DNA of 40,695 bases from an uncultured Verrucomicrobiota bacterium. Its GTDB lineage: Bacteria; Verrucomicrobiota; Verrucomicrobiia; Opitutales; Opitutaceae. Within the stretch, counting starts at the first letter, position 1. Each line of letters begins with the position of its first letter. The notes beneath the pieces were generated by a model that did not search any database, had not been told where the DNA came from, and saw only the letters and a program-made list of their open reading frames with translations. The position numbers and the translations under genes are program-made. The stretch lies in the NCBI GenBank assembly GCA_903919625.1, contig CAIXIZ010000108.1:1-40695 (forward strand). Direction: 5' to 3'. Positions 26,951-35,421 of the stretch are shown one piece after another.

Positions 26951-27946
26951 TCAGCCGGCGAGGATGCGTTCGATCTCGGCGAGTTCGCTGGAGGCCAGGG
27001 CCAGGTTTTCCAGGGCGGCGAGGTTGTCCTCGATCTGGCTGATCCGGCTGGCGCCGATCAGCGCACTAGTGACGGCCGGCTGACGCAGCACCCAGGCGAG
27101 CGAGAGTTGCGCAAGGGACTGGCTGCGGGACCGGGCGAGCGCGTCAAGGGCGCGGATCTTTTTGAGTTTCTCCTCCGTAATATGCTCGGGTTTGAGGAAA
27201 CGCGGGTCGCGCACGGCGCGCGAATCGGCCGGCAGACCGGCGAGATAACGGTTGGTGAGCAGACCTTGGGCCAGCGGACAAAAGACAATGCCACCGATGC
27301 CCTCGCGCATGAGCACATCGAACAGGCCGTGTTCTGGCGCCCGCTCCAACAGGTGGTACTTCGGCTGATGGAGCAGACAGGGCGAACCCAACTGACGGAG
27401 AATGGCCGCCGCGCGCGCCGTTTGTTCGGGGTTGTAGCTGGAAATGGCGGCGTAGAGCGTCTTGCCACGGTGGCAGGCGTGGGCCAGCGCACCGAGCGAC
27501 TCCTCCAGCGGAGTATCCGGGTCGGGACGGTGATGGTAAAAAATGTCCACATAATCGAGGCCAAGGCGGCGCAGCGACTGGTCGAGCGAGGCGAGAAGAT
27601 ACTTGCGCGAGCCAAAATCGCCATAAGGCCCCGGCCACATTGGCCAGCCCGCCTTGGTGGAGATGATGAGTTCATCCCGATGGGCGGCCAGATCCTCACG
27701 CAGAATCCGGCCAAAGGTCAGCTCGGCGGAGCCAGGGGGCGGGCCGTAATTGTTCGCGAGGTCAAAATGCGTGATGCCAAGATCGAACGCGCGCAGCACG
27801 AGGGCGCGGCTGCTGGCATAGTCGTCGGTGGCGCCGAAATTGTGCCAGAGGCCGAGGGAGATTTTGGGCAGGAGCAGGCCGCTGCGCCCGCAACGGCGGT
27901 AAAGCGCGGATTGGGCGTAGCGGGCGGGCGAAGGCGTATGTGGCAT
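26951..27946 (-). CDS. Aldo/keto reductase, YghZ/Gpr-like (L-glyceraldehyde-3-phosphate reductase type)
   Basis: ATG at 27946. YRRCGRSGLLLPKISLGLWHNFG is near-identical in pattern to the E. coli YghZ N-terminus. The AKR motifs ITHFDLANNYG and GIGGIVFCPLAQGLL are present. Confidence 0.85.
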   Translation of the reverse strand: MPHTPSPARYAQSALYRRCGRSGLLLPKISLGLWHNFGATDDYASSRALVLRAFDLGITHFDLANNYGPPPGSAELTFGRILREDLAAHRDELIISTKAGWPMWPGPYGDFGSRKYLLASLDQSLRRLGLDYVDIFYHHRPDPDTPLEESLGALAHACHRGKTLYAAISSYNPEQTARAAAILRQLGSPCLLHQPKYHLLERAPEHGLFDVLMREGIGGIVFCPLAQGLLTNRYLAGLPADSRAVRDPRFLKPEHITEEKLKKIRALDALARSRSQSLAQLSLAWVLRQPAVTSALIGASRISQIEDNLAALENLALASSELAEIERILAG

Positions 27947-28181
27947 GGAGGGGAGGCTGGAATGATACCGGCGGCGGACCGGCCGGCAATCCGGAAGCAG
28001 CTCGCCAGGCAAACCCACCAACCCGATAAAATTCACCAAATCGCCCTTGTGTTGACGGCAGATATGGGCCCTATACCTGGGCGCTTGTCACCAAGCATCC
28101 CCTGCCTTCTGATTCCCCGGTCAGTTCAACAAATTACCCGCCCAAAAAACCTTCCATTTCGAACATTTAACCTGTCCCCCA

Positions 28182-30983
28182 ATGTCATCCTCCCGTCCTC
28201 TGCCCGCCTCCAGTTCCTTCCAGCCCTTTTCGTCGCTCCGCCTTTGGGTGACGCTTGCCGCGCTGGCCTTTGCGACCAAGGCACTGGCCACGACAACCGC
28301 CACCTTCAATTTTACAACGTTTGCGGGCAGCACCGTTGGGGCGGCCGGGTTCGGTGATGGCACGGGGACCGCGGCGTTCTTCAATGAACCTGCCGGTGTA
28401 GCCATTGACGCGGCCGGCAACATCTTTGTCAGCGATGCCGTCAACGCCAATATCCGCAAAATTACTCCAGCCGGTGTCGTCACCACTTTTGCCGGCAGCA
28501 CCGCCAGGGTAGCCGGGCGCGTCGATGGCACGGGCACCGCCGCCCGGTTTGAAGATCCTGCTGGACTGGCCTTCGACAGCGCGGGCAATCTCTTCGTCGC
28601 CGATCTGGGTGGTGCCAATATCCGCAAAATTACTCCCGCCGGCGTGGTCACCACTTTCGCCGGCAGCACGGGCGGGGTCCGTGGCCGCATCGATGACACC
28701 GGCACCGCCGCCCGGTTTGAAGATCCTGCTGGACTGGCCTTCGACAGCGCCGGCAATCTCTTCGTCGCCGACGAGATCGGCAATATCCGCGAAATCTCCC
28801 CGGCTGGCGTGGTCACCACCTTCGCCGGCAGCACCGCCGGGCTTATCGGCCGGATTGATGCCACGGGCACCGCCGCCCGGTTTGAAAAACCCTTCGGCCT
28901 GGCTTTCGACAGCTCAGGCATCCTCTACGTCGCCGATCCAGGCGGCCCCAATATCCGTGCGATTTCCCCGGACGGCACGGTCACCACCTTCGCTGGCAGC
29001 ACGGCCGGTGCGAATGGCCATATCGACGGCACGGGTACTGCCGCCACGTTCGACAGTCCCACCGGCGTGGTTTTTGACAGCCTGGGCAATCTCGTGGTCA
29101 TTGATGAGACCGACAGCATCCGTAGAGTCACCCCGGCTGGCGTGGTCACCACCATTGCTGGAAGCACGACCGGACTCCAAGGCCGGACCGACGGGATCGG
29201 CACCATCGCCCGGTTTCATGACCCCATCAGCGCGGCCTTCGACAGCCACGGCAATCTCTACGTCGCCGACATCCTTAACCGCTCGGTTCGCATCGGGGCA
29301 CCTGTGACGCTCATCACCCAGCCCGTGGCCATCACGACGCAGCCAGTCTCCACCCTGGAGGTTACGGCTGGATCGACCGCCAGTTTCAGCGTGGTGGCGA
29401 CAGGCACACCCTCGCCGACATTTCAATGGCAGAAGGATGGCACACCCATCACGGGCGCGACCAATTCGAGCCTGGTGCTGACCAATGTCCAGCAAGCCCA
29501 GGCGGGCAGCTACACCGTGGTCGTCACCAATACTGATCCGGCCGGCAGCCTCACCTCCTCACCCGGCGTCCTCAGCATCGACATTCTGCCCAAAATCACC
29601 AGCCAGCCCGTTGCGCGGTCGGTGAATGTCGGCCAATCCGTCAGTTTCAGCGTCGCAGCCACCGGTGTTCCCGCTCCCACCTTTCAATGGCGGAAGAACG
29701 GTCACCCGATCAGCAACGCGACTGATGCCACCCTTACCCTTGCCGAGACGCAGCCGGGCGACGCGGGAAATTATTCCGTGGTTGCAACCAATAATGCCGG
29801 AATTGCTACCTCCCAGACGGTGGCTCTCACGATCAATGTCGCTGCCACCATCCTTGACGGACAGCAGCCGGTTGGTCGGTCGGTGAACGCCGGCACCACT
29901 GTCAGCTTTAGTGTGGGTGCGACCGGCAGTCCCGCACCCTCTTTCCAGTGGTTCCGGAATGGTGTGGCAGTCGGTGGCGGCACCCAGGCCACCCTCACGC
30001 TGGCCAATGTCCAGGTGTCCCAGGCCGGAAGCTATACCGTGGCGGTGAAGAACCTTGTCAGCACTGTCACCTCCAGCGCGGCCACGCTCGTGGTCGGTGT
30101 CGCGCCCACGATCACCAAACAACCGGCCAGCAGCCAGACCGTCAACGCCGGCACGAATGTGACCTATACCGCGACCGTGATCGGCACGCCGACCCCGACG
30201 CTGCAATGGAAAAAGAATGGCAAGGCGATCCTGGGTGCGACCAGCGCGACGCTTGTCTTGAACAATGTGCAGACCGGCGATGCCGGCAGTTACACCCTGG
30301 TGGCCACTTCGCCGCTCAATAACACCCAGACCACCTCGGTGCCCACGTTGCTCACCGTGCGTTTTGTCGCCATCCTCAAGCAGCCGGTCAGCCAGGCCGT
30401 CACCGCCGGCGCGACGGTGAGCTTTGGTTTCGTGCCGGATGGCAATCCTGCGCCCACTTATCAATGGTTCCGCAACGGGGTGGCCATCAGCAAGGCCACG
30501 GGCGGGACCCTGACCCTGACCAATGTGCAGGTCGCCCAGGCCGGCAGCTACACGGTGGCGGTTAAAAACACCGCCGGAACCGTGACCTCATCGGCGGCGG
30601 TGCTCTCGGTGAGCGTCTCCCGGACATTGCAAACGTCTTTGTCCAAACCAGGCGGCACGGCCTCCACCACTGCCGGCGCAGCCGCAGGATCAGGCTCACT
30701 GCCTGGGCAGCCCAGCATCTCTGCCTCCGAGCTCACCACCCAGCATTTTAACGATTTCATCTGGAATGGCGTCCTGTTGGTTGCCGTCGGTGACGGCGGG
30801 GTGATCTATACCTCGCCCAATGGCGCGGATTGGACCTCCCGCAACTCCGGCACCAAGGATGATCTGGAAAGCATCACCTGGGACGGCCGGCGGTTCCTGA
30901 CCGTGGGCAGCAAGCCGGGCGCCAATTCAAACGATCTGTTCAGCTTCACCTCGCCGGACGGAATCACCTGGACCGCCCAGTAA
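28182..30983 (+). CDS. Secreted multi-domain surface protein: six NHL-type propeller blades, five Ig-like (I-set-type) domains and a C-terminal BNR/Ycf48-like repeat region
   Basis: Signal peptide ...LAFATKALA. Six blades end in GN(I/L)(F/Y/V)V(A/S/I)D. There are five copies of P(T/S)(F/L/Y)QW(Q/R/F/K)(K/R)(D/N)G...AG(S/N)Y(T/S)V. The tail has YTSPNGADWTS and FTSPDGITWT. Confidence 0.8.
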   Translation: MSSSRPLPASSSFQPFSSLRLWVTLAALAFATKALATTTATFNFTTFAGSTVGAAGFGDGTGTAAFFNEPAGVAIDAAGNIFVSDAVNANIRKITPAGVVTTFAGSTARVAGRVDGTGTAARFEDPAGLAFDSAGNLFVADLGGANIRKITPAGVVTTFAGSTGGVRGRIDDTGTAARFEDPAGLAFDSAGNLFVADEIGNIREISPAGVVTTFAGSTAGLIGRIDATGTAARFEKPFGLAFDSSGILYVADPGGPNIRAISPDGTVTTFAGSTAGANGHIDGTGTAATFDSPTGVVFDSLGNLVVIDETDSIRRVTPAGVVTTIAGSTTGLQGRTDGIGTIARFHDPISAAFDSHGNLYVADILNRSVRIGAPVTLITQPVAITTQPVSTLEVTAGSTASFSVVATGTPSPTFQWQKDGTPITGATNSSLVLTNVQQAQAGSYTVVVTNTDPAGSLTSSPGVLSIDILPKITSQPVARSVNVGQSVSFSVAATGVPAPTFQWRKNGHPISNATDATLTLAETQPGDAGNYSVVATNNAGIATSQTVALTINVAATILDGQQPVGRSVNAGTTVSFSVGATGSPAPSFQWFRNGVAVGGGTQATLTLANVQVSQAGSYTVAVKNLVSTVTSSAATLVVGVAPTITKQPASSQTVNAGTNVTYTATVIGTPTPTLQWKKNGKAILGATSATLVLNNVQTGDAGSYTLVATSPLNNTQTTSVPTLLTVRFVAILKQPVSQAVTAGATVSFGFVPDGNPAPTYQWFRNGVAISKATGGTLTLTNVQVAQAGSYTVAVKNTAGTVTSSAAVLSVSVSRTLQTSLSKPGGTASTTAGAAAGSGSLPGQPSISASELTTQHFNDFIWNGVLLVAVGDGGVIYTSPNGADWTSRNSGTKDDLESITWDGRRFLTVGSKPGANSNDLFSFTSPDGITWTAQ

Positions 30984-31159
30984 ATTGGGCGATCGCGCCA
31001 GGCGCCAAGACCACGCGCGGTGCGTGGCACCGGGGCTTTCGTTCCGGCTGTTGCTGACAGCGCGGCTGACGGCGCAGGACTGCCCTCTGCCCTCGGGCGG
31101 GGCCGGGTACAAATTGATGGCCCGCGCGAAGGGCGCCAAGGCCACGGAAAAACTGACGT

Positions 31160-31729
31160 TCAGGCTGAACCACGGCCGCCCGGGGCCATTGGCCCGGTTG
31201 ACCGGATGGTGAGCTTGAGTGCCAGCGAATAGCCCCAGCCCAGAGCGCAGCCGAACATGATGAGCATGCAAATCCACGCGATGCCCGGTGCGGGGGCAAA
31301 CCCGGCGAAATCAGGGTGCTTCGACAGCCCATACCCCACCGCCACGATGCCAAGCGAGAGCAACACCCGCAGGAATAATTGGTTCGCGGTGTGCCGGGCT
31401 GCCATGCTGGAGTAGAACTGACGGACGGACATGCGGTGCCCCGCCCGCGGCAGCCTCGACAACATGGCGCGATGCGTCAGCCACCCCGCAACGAGAAACA
31501 GCACAGTCAGCACGGCCAAGGAGCCGAAGAAAACCTCCGGGCGCGAATTGAACGCCGGCCAGTAATTGAGCGCGAGCATTTCGCCGAGAAACATGGAGCC
31601 CATTGTCCATTGGGTGAGCGACGCGTGACGCTGAAACAGCGTGGCCTCCGTTGCCGCATCCGGGATCAAATGGGGGCGCGACCAAAATCCCAATGGACAG
31701 AAGAGCCTTCTTCCCTGCGCGTCGGTCAT
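31160..31729 (-). CDS. Hypothetical small polytopic membrane protein
   Basis: The internal ATG at 31729 avoids overlap with the divergent gene. There are about four hydrophobic segments and no recognisable family. Support comes from the ORF alone. Confidence 0.3.
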   Translation of the reverse strand: MTDAQGRRLFCPLGFWSRPHLIPDAATEATLFQRHASLTQWTMGSMFLGEMLALNYWPAFNSRPEVFFGSLAVLTVLFLVAGWLTHRAMLSRLPRAGHRMSVRQFYSSMAARHTANQLFLRVLLSLGIVAVGYGLSKHPDFAGFAPAPGIAWICMLIMFGCALGWGYSLALKLTIRSTGPMAPGGRGSA

Positions 31730-31917
31730 GAACGCTGCCTTGGCAATTTCATTGTTGGGCCGCACGCCGGGAGCATTGCCCGCATCGTGCTGACTGCAAC
31801 CCGATTTCACCCCGGTACCGGCTCCGACTGCCTCTGGCTTACCGCCAATCGAACTGCTCCTGGAATGTATGAGCACCCAGATTGACCTCCCGGCCGGTTC
31901 ATGCAAAGTCTCCGGCC

Positions 31918-33285
31918 ATGGCAACCCCGCCACCACTGCCCGGCTCCCAGCGACGCCGTCGTATCTGGGCAAAATTTTTCGTCGCCTTGGTCCTCCTGCT
32001 GCTGCCCGTTGTCCTGTGGCTGTACATTTCGCCCGACGAACCGCCGCCCGACGTGAGCGATTTCACAGCCAAGCCGCGCCAGCTCCCAAACGACCAGAAC
32101 GCCTACGCGATCATCATGCAGGCGGCGGCGCTGGTGACGACCGATCTTTTCAAGGCCAACAGCGATCAGTTGAATGACATGACAAAGGGCAAAAACTGGG
32201 ACGCCCCCTTGGCCCGGACCTGGCTCGACGGTACCGATGCGATCTGGCCGCTCTGGGAACAGGCGGCGCGTACCCCGCAAGGGCAGGCACCTTCTGGCAC
32301 CGCCGTCGGCTATACGAACTCCGATGTACAAGCCATCAATAACCTCAACAAGCTCGCGCAAATCCGCGCTTGGGATCTGGCCCACAACGGCAAACCCGAC
32401 GCGGCGATCGAATTCCTTTTCACCACCCTGCAAGTCGCCCAACGCCTCGAGCAAAGCCGAGGAGACCCCATCTATTACCACATTGCGACTGGCATCAGGG
32501 GCACGGTACTGAATTCGCTGCGGGGTATCACGACTGAATTCAAACCTCCCGCCGTTCTTTTGCGCCAGACCCTCCGCCAGATGGAGGCAAACCGGCCGGG
32601 CAAAGAGGCGTTCGCCAACCTGCTCCGAGGAGAGTACCGAGGCTTTAGCCATGGACTCGAAAACCCGGAGGCAGCGTACTTTGGTTCCAAAGACGTCGAC
32701 GAAGGGCTGCACCTCTACGTCAAAATCAGCACTTATTTCCCCTATTTTTTCCACCCCAACCAAACCCGCAGAATCTACGCCGAAGCCATCCGCAATTCGA
32801 TCGGTGCGATTGACCTGCCAACCGGGTATCCCGGCGATCTACGAAACATCGATAACTTAAGGAAAATTCTGAGCGGCTTCCATGGCAACAACCTTGGCCT
32901 CGCGCTGTTGGTCGCGAGTGTCCCCTTTCAGGCAAACGAGTTGGATATGCGTCTCACGCAGCAGTCCCGTCTCTCGGCCAATGAGGCCTTCCTCGCGCTC
33001 GTGCTTTACCACCGCGACCACGGGGAACTGCCGGCCACGCTCGACACGCTGGTGCCCGACTACCTGCCCGCCGTGCCCCGCGACTATTTCGACGGCCAGC
33101 CTATCAGGTACTCGCGTGATTTCCGTGCCGTCTGGTCGGTCGGCAACGATCATTTCGCCGTAACCAGCGCCGATCTGGATCCCGAGGAGATCGCCCATCA
33201 CTCTGACAATGTCTGCCTCCCGCTCGATTTCGCCGCGCCGGTGGTGGACCCACCGCCCGCGCCAGCCACGGCACGGCCGCTCTGA
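31918..33285 (+). CDS. Membrane-anchored hypothetical protein (paralog of 9269..10681)
   Basis: ATG at 31918. RRRRIWAKFFVALVLLLLPVVLWLY. Blocks shared with the 9269 gene: P(E/D)VSD, DQNAY, IWPL, HGELPA.LD.LVP.YLPAVP.D(F/Y)(Y/F)D.QPIRYS, AVWSVG, LDFAAP. Confidence 0.6.
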   Translation: MATPPPLPGSQRRRRIWAKFFVALVLLLLPVVLWLYISPDEPPPDVSDFTAKPRQLPNDQNAYAIIMQAAALVTTDLFKANSDQLNDMTKGKNWDAPLARTWLDGTDAIWPLWEQAARTPQGQAPSGTAVGYTNSDVQAINNLNKLAQIRAWDLAHNGKPDAAIEFLFTTLQVAQRLEQSRGDPIYYHIATGIRGTVLNSLRGITTEFKPPAVLLRQTLRQMEANRPGKEAFANLLRGEYRGFSHGLENPEAAYFGSKDVDEGLHLYVKISTYFPYFFHPNQTRRIYAEAIRNSIGAIDLPTGYPGDLRNIDNLRKILSGFHGNNLGLALLVASVPFQANELDMRLTQQSRLSANEAFLALVLYHRDHGELPATLDTLVPDYLPAVPRDYFDGQPIRYSRDFRAVWSVGNDHFAVTSADLDPEEIAHHSDNVCLPLDFAAPVVDPPPAPATARPL

Positions 33286-33472
33286 CAACATGGGCAGTAT
33301 TGCGGCACGTCCTGGCGATCTGTCGCCGATGACGGTGGCGCCCGGCCGGGCGGAATGAAGCGCAGCGGAAGCTGTTCACCGCACCTGGTGGAGCGGCATG
33401 GGGCATGGACGAGGGCTGCCGTCTGCGGGCGAATCAGCCTGGCTGTTCGCCGGACACGGGAGCGCGGGTCAA

Positions 33473-33874
33473 TCAATTACAGGAGCGATATTTCCTGGAA
33501 GTTAGGCCCGTCTCCTGCGCCACGAAGGTTCGGCCATAAACACGCATCGCCAGCGCCCCGCCGTCCTTGTGGCCTAGCCACCGACTCACGGTCGGGATGT
33601 CCACACCGGCCTCGATGCAGGTTGTGGCGAAAAAGTGCCGGAAATCATGATGGGAGAACGCTGGATAGCTTAGCCGGCGACAAGCCGTGCCAAGGAATTT
33701 CTTGGCGCTGTCGATCTGGCTCACCCGGTCGGACGGCTGGGGCTGATGGGCCTCGTGCATCCGCAGAAAATGCGACCGCAAGGCATCCGTCAGCGGGATG
33801 ACGCGGCTTTCGTCATTTTTGGTTTCGTGCTCAGCTTGTGAGCCTTGGTGCGGAGCGACCGGCGAAAATGCTTG
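33473..33874 (-). pseudogene. 5'-truncated tyrosine recombinase / phage-type integrase fragment (C-terminal catalytic half only)
   Basis: The frame is open only from a stop at 33875-33877. It encodes ...TKNDESRVIPLTDAL...HDFRHFFATTCIEAGVDIPTVSRWLGHKDGGALAMRVYG (H-x-x-R, LGH and catalytic Y blocks). The N-terminal SAM-like domain and the first catalytic Arg are absent. Confidence 0.7.
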
Positions 33875-33934
33875 TCACCCAGCAGGGGCAAAGCCTAATC
33901 AACACCCTCTGTTCCTTGCGGAATCACACCTTTC

Positions 33935-34009
33935 GCCGATGTAGCTCAGTGGTAGAGCAACGCTTTCGTAAAGCGTGGGTCGTCGGTTCAATCCCGACCA
34001 TCGGCTCCA
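33935..34009 (+). tRNA. tRNA-Thr (anticodon CGU), CCA encoded
   Basis: GCCGATG...CATCGGC acceptor stem, D-arm TAGCTCAGTGGTAGAGCA, anticodon stem ACGCT/AGCGT with loop TTCGTAA (CGT at 33967-33969), T-arm GTCGGTTCAATCCCGAC, discriminator T followed by CCA. It is very similar to E. coli thrW. Confidence 0.9.
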
Positions 34010-34038
34010 GGTGTTTTGACCGGTCCGGCATGCAATAG

Positions 34039-34737
34039 CTGAAGGAACGAAAATCTGAAAGGCTGAAGGACTGAAACATTCCGCAATCCGCAGTCCGCAG
34101 TCTAAATTTCAGCACCCTCCTGGTTTCGTGGCTTTAGAATTAAACGTTCCGCAGTCCGCCTTCCGCTAATTCCGCAATCCAAAATCCGAATTCCGAATTC
34201 GTAATTCCGCATTTCCACTCCGGCATTGCCCCTGCAACCAATTGACCGGTTCAGCCCGTTGGGGACAACGCGCTCCACCTTTGCACTTAGAAAACTCCTG
34301 GCTTCCTACTTTCTCATTCGGCAGTCCGCATTCCGCAATCCGCATTGGTTTGCCGCTGCCACCAATCGACCGGTCAGCACGTTGGGGACAACGTGCTCCA
34401 CCTTTGTTCCTGTCTTGGGAGGGTTGAGAGGACGATGTCCGGCAACAGAAACCGGGGTCAGCGACCCCGGCTACAACTGACCGAGCAGCACGTTAGGGAC
34501 AACGCGCTCCACCTGCTGGCTAAAAAATTCCTGGTTTCGTGGCTTCAGAATTAATCGTTCCGCAGTCCGCCTTCAATATTTCCGCTCCGGCATTGCCCCT
34601 GCCACCAATCGACCGAGCAGCGCGTTAGGGACAACGCGCTCCACCTGCTCACGAAAATTCTGGTTTCCTGGCTTCTGAATTAACCATTCCACCTTCCGCA
34701 TTCCACCTTCCGCATTGGTTTGTCCGCTACCACCATC
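34039..34737. repeat. Composite tandem repeat array (octamer and heptamer micro-repeats plus conserved hairpin boxes; about five units of roughly 110-180 bp)
   Basis: Five CTGAARGN octamers (34039-34078). Several CCGCAWT-type heptamer runs. Box cctggtttcgtggctt(t/c)agaattaa at 34119 and 34530, with variants at 34297 and 34660. Box cggcattgcccctgc(a/c)accaat(t/c)gaccg. Hairpin box CAGCNCGTTRGGGACAACGCGCTCCACCT at 34252, 34375, 34486 and 34618. Confidence 0.8.
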
Positions 34738-35344
34738 CAACCACGTAGCCTTGCGCGGCTTTGATCGCGAAGACCGCGATATTTTTCGCCCCATGCGCGG
34801 CCACACAGGGCAGCAGCGACGCTTTCGGATTCAGCCGGGCGGCAAAGCGCATCGCATAAAACCACAGCGAACTCGCCAACACCGCCCAGGTGCTGAACCA
34901 GCCTTTCGCCGTGAGCGTGAGATGAAACGGCTGGTTCTTGCTCCAGTCCCACAAAAACGGATGCAGCGCCGCAAACAGCACTGACGCCCCCACGGCACCC
35001 GCCCACCTCATTCCCGCACCACGGCCTTCGACCACGATGAATCCACGGAAGATCAGTTCTTCAATAAACGCCGCCACCAGCGTGTAGAGTCCGAACAACA
35101 CCGTCATCTTCGACTGCTGTTCGCTCAGGCCCAGCCGGATTTCCCCCCACGTCTCGGCGGTAGTGATCGCCAGCGCGCCCATGGCCGCCACAACACACAC
35201 CCACACCGAGGCCGGCACCGCTCCCGGCAAGGCCCGGGGGTTGGGCCGCCCGGCCCGGGCCGTCCGGAAGTCGGCTGCCCACAACCAGGCAGCATAGAGG
35301 CCGGCGGCGGCGCAGACGAGCAGGAGCAGCGGGTTGTCGTTCAT
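34727..35344 (-). CDS. CPBP-family intramembrane glutamic endopeptidase (CAAX protease-like)
   Basis: ATG at 35344. Motifs EELIFRGF, FAALH and HGAKN, with multiple TM segments. TAG stop at 34727-34729. Confidence 0.8.
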   Translation of the reverse strand: MNDNPLLLLVCAAAGLYAAWLWAADFRTARAGRPNPRALPGAVPASVWVCVVAAMGALAITTAETWGEIRLGLSEQQSKMTVLFGLYTLVAAFIEELIFRGFIVVEGRGAGMRWAGAVGASVLFAALHPFLWDWSKNQPFHLTLTAKGWFSTWAVLASSLWFYAMRFAARLNPKASLLPCVAAHGAKNIAVFAIKAAQGYVVGWW

Positions 35345-35421
35345 GGTGGAGGGCAGGCGAAGAATTTTTACCGTTCGCGGCTGGTCATTTGACGTCAGAC
35401 CGCCCAAGGTGGAAGCCCATT

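Noticed and set aside
28040-28181. Sigma70-like promoter (TTGACG ... TATACC) upstream of the NHL gene
   Set aside because: The spacer between the hexamers is only about 14 nt, and promoter consensus for this phylum is uncertain. Support is too weak to call.
26936-28357. 473-aa plus-strand ORF
   Set aside because: It is antisense to the YghZ-like aldo/keto reductase and runs through the promoter region into the NHL gene start. It is not credible as a gene.
33355-33801. 148-aa plus-strand ORF
   Set aside because: It overlaps the integrase remnant on the opposite strand, and its Arg/Pro-rich translation has no motif.
34226-34554. Small ORFs (84, 61 and 69 aa) in the repeat region, translating as ...ARWGQRAPPL... 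and similar
   Set aside because: They are simply translations of the repeated boxes in arbitrary frames. The same peptide-like strings recur because the DNA repeats, with no start or RBS context.
34039-34737. Possible CRISPR array
   Set aside because: The repeats are of several different kinds and lengths, with micro-repeat runs in between. There are no uniform repeat/spacer periods and no unique spacers of constant size, and the window has no cas genes.
31160-35344. Defence island or prophage at the tRNA-Thr locus
   Set aside because: Only an integrase fragment is present. The neighbouring ORFs show no nuclease, ATPase, methyltransferase, capsid or terminase motifs that I can recognise, so no system can be claimed.
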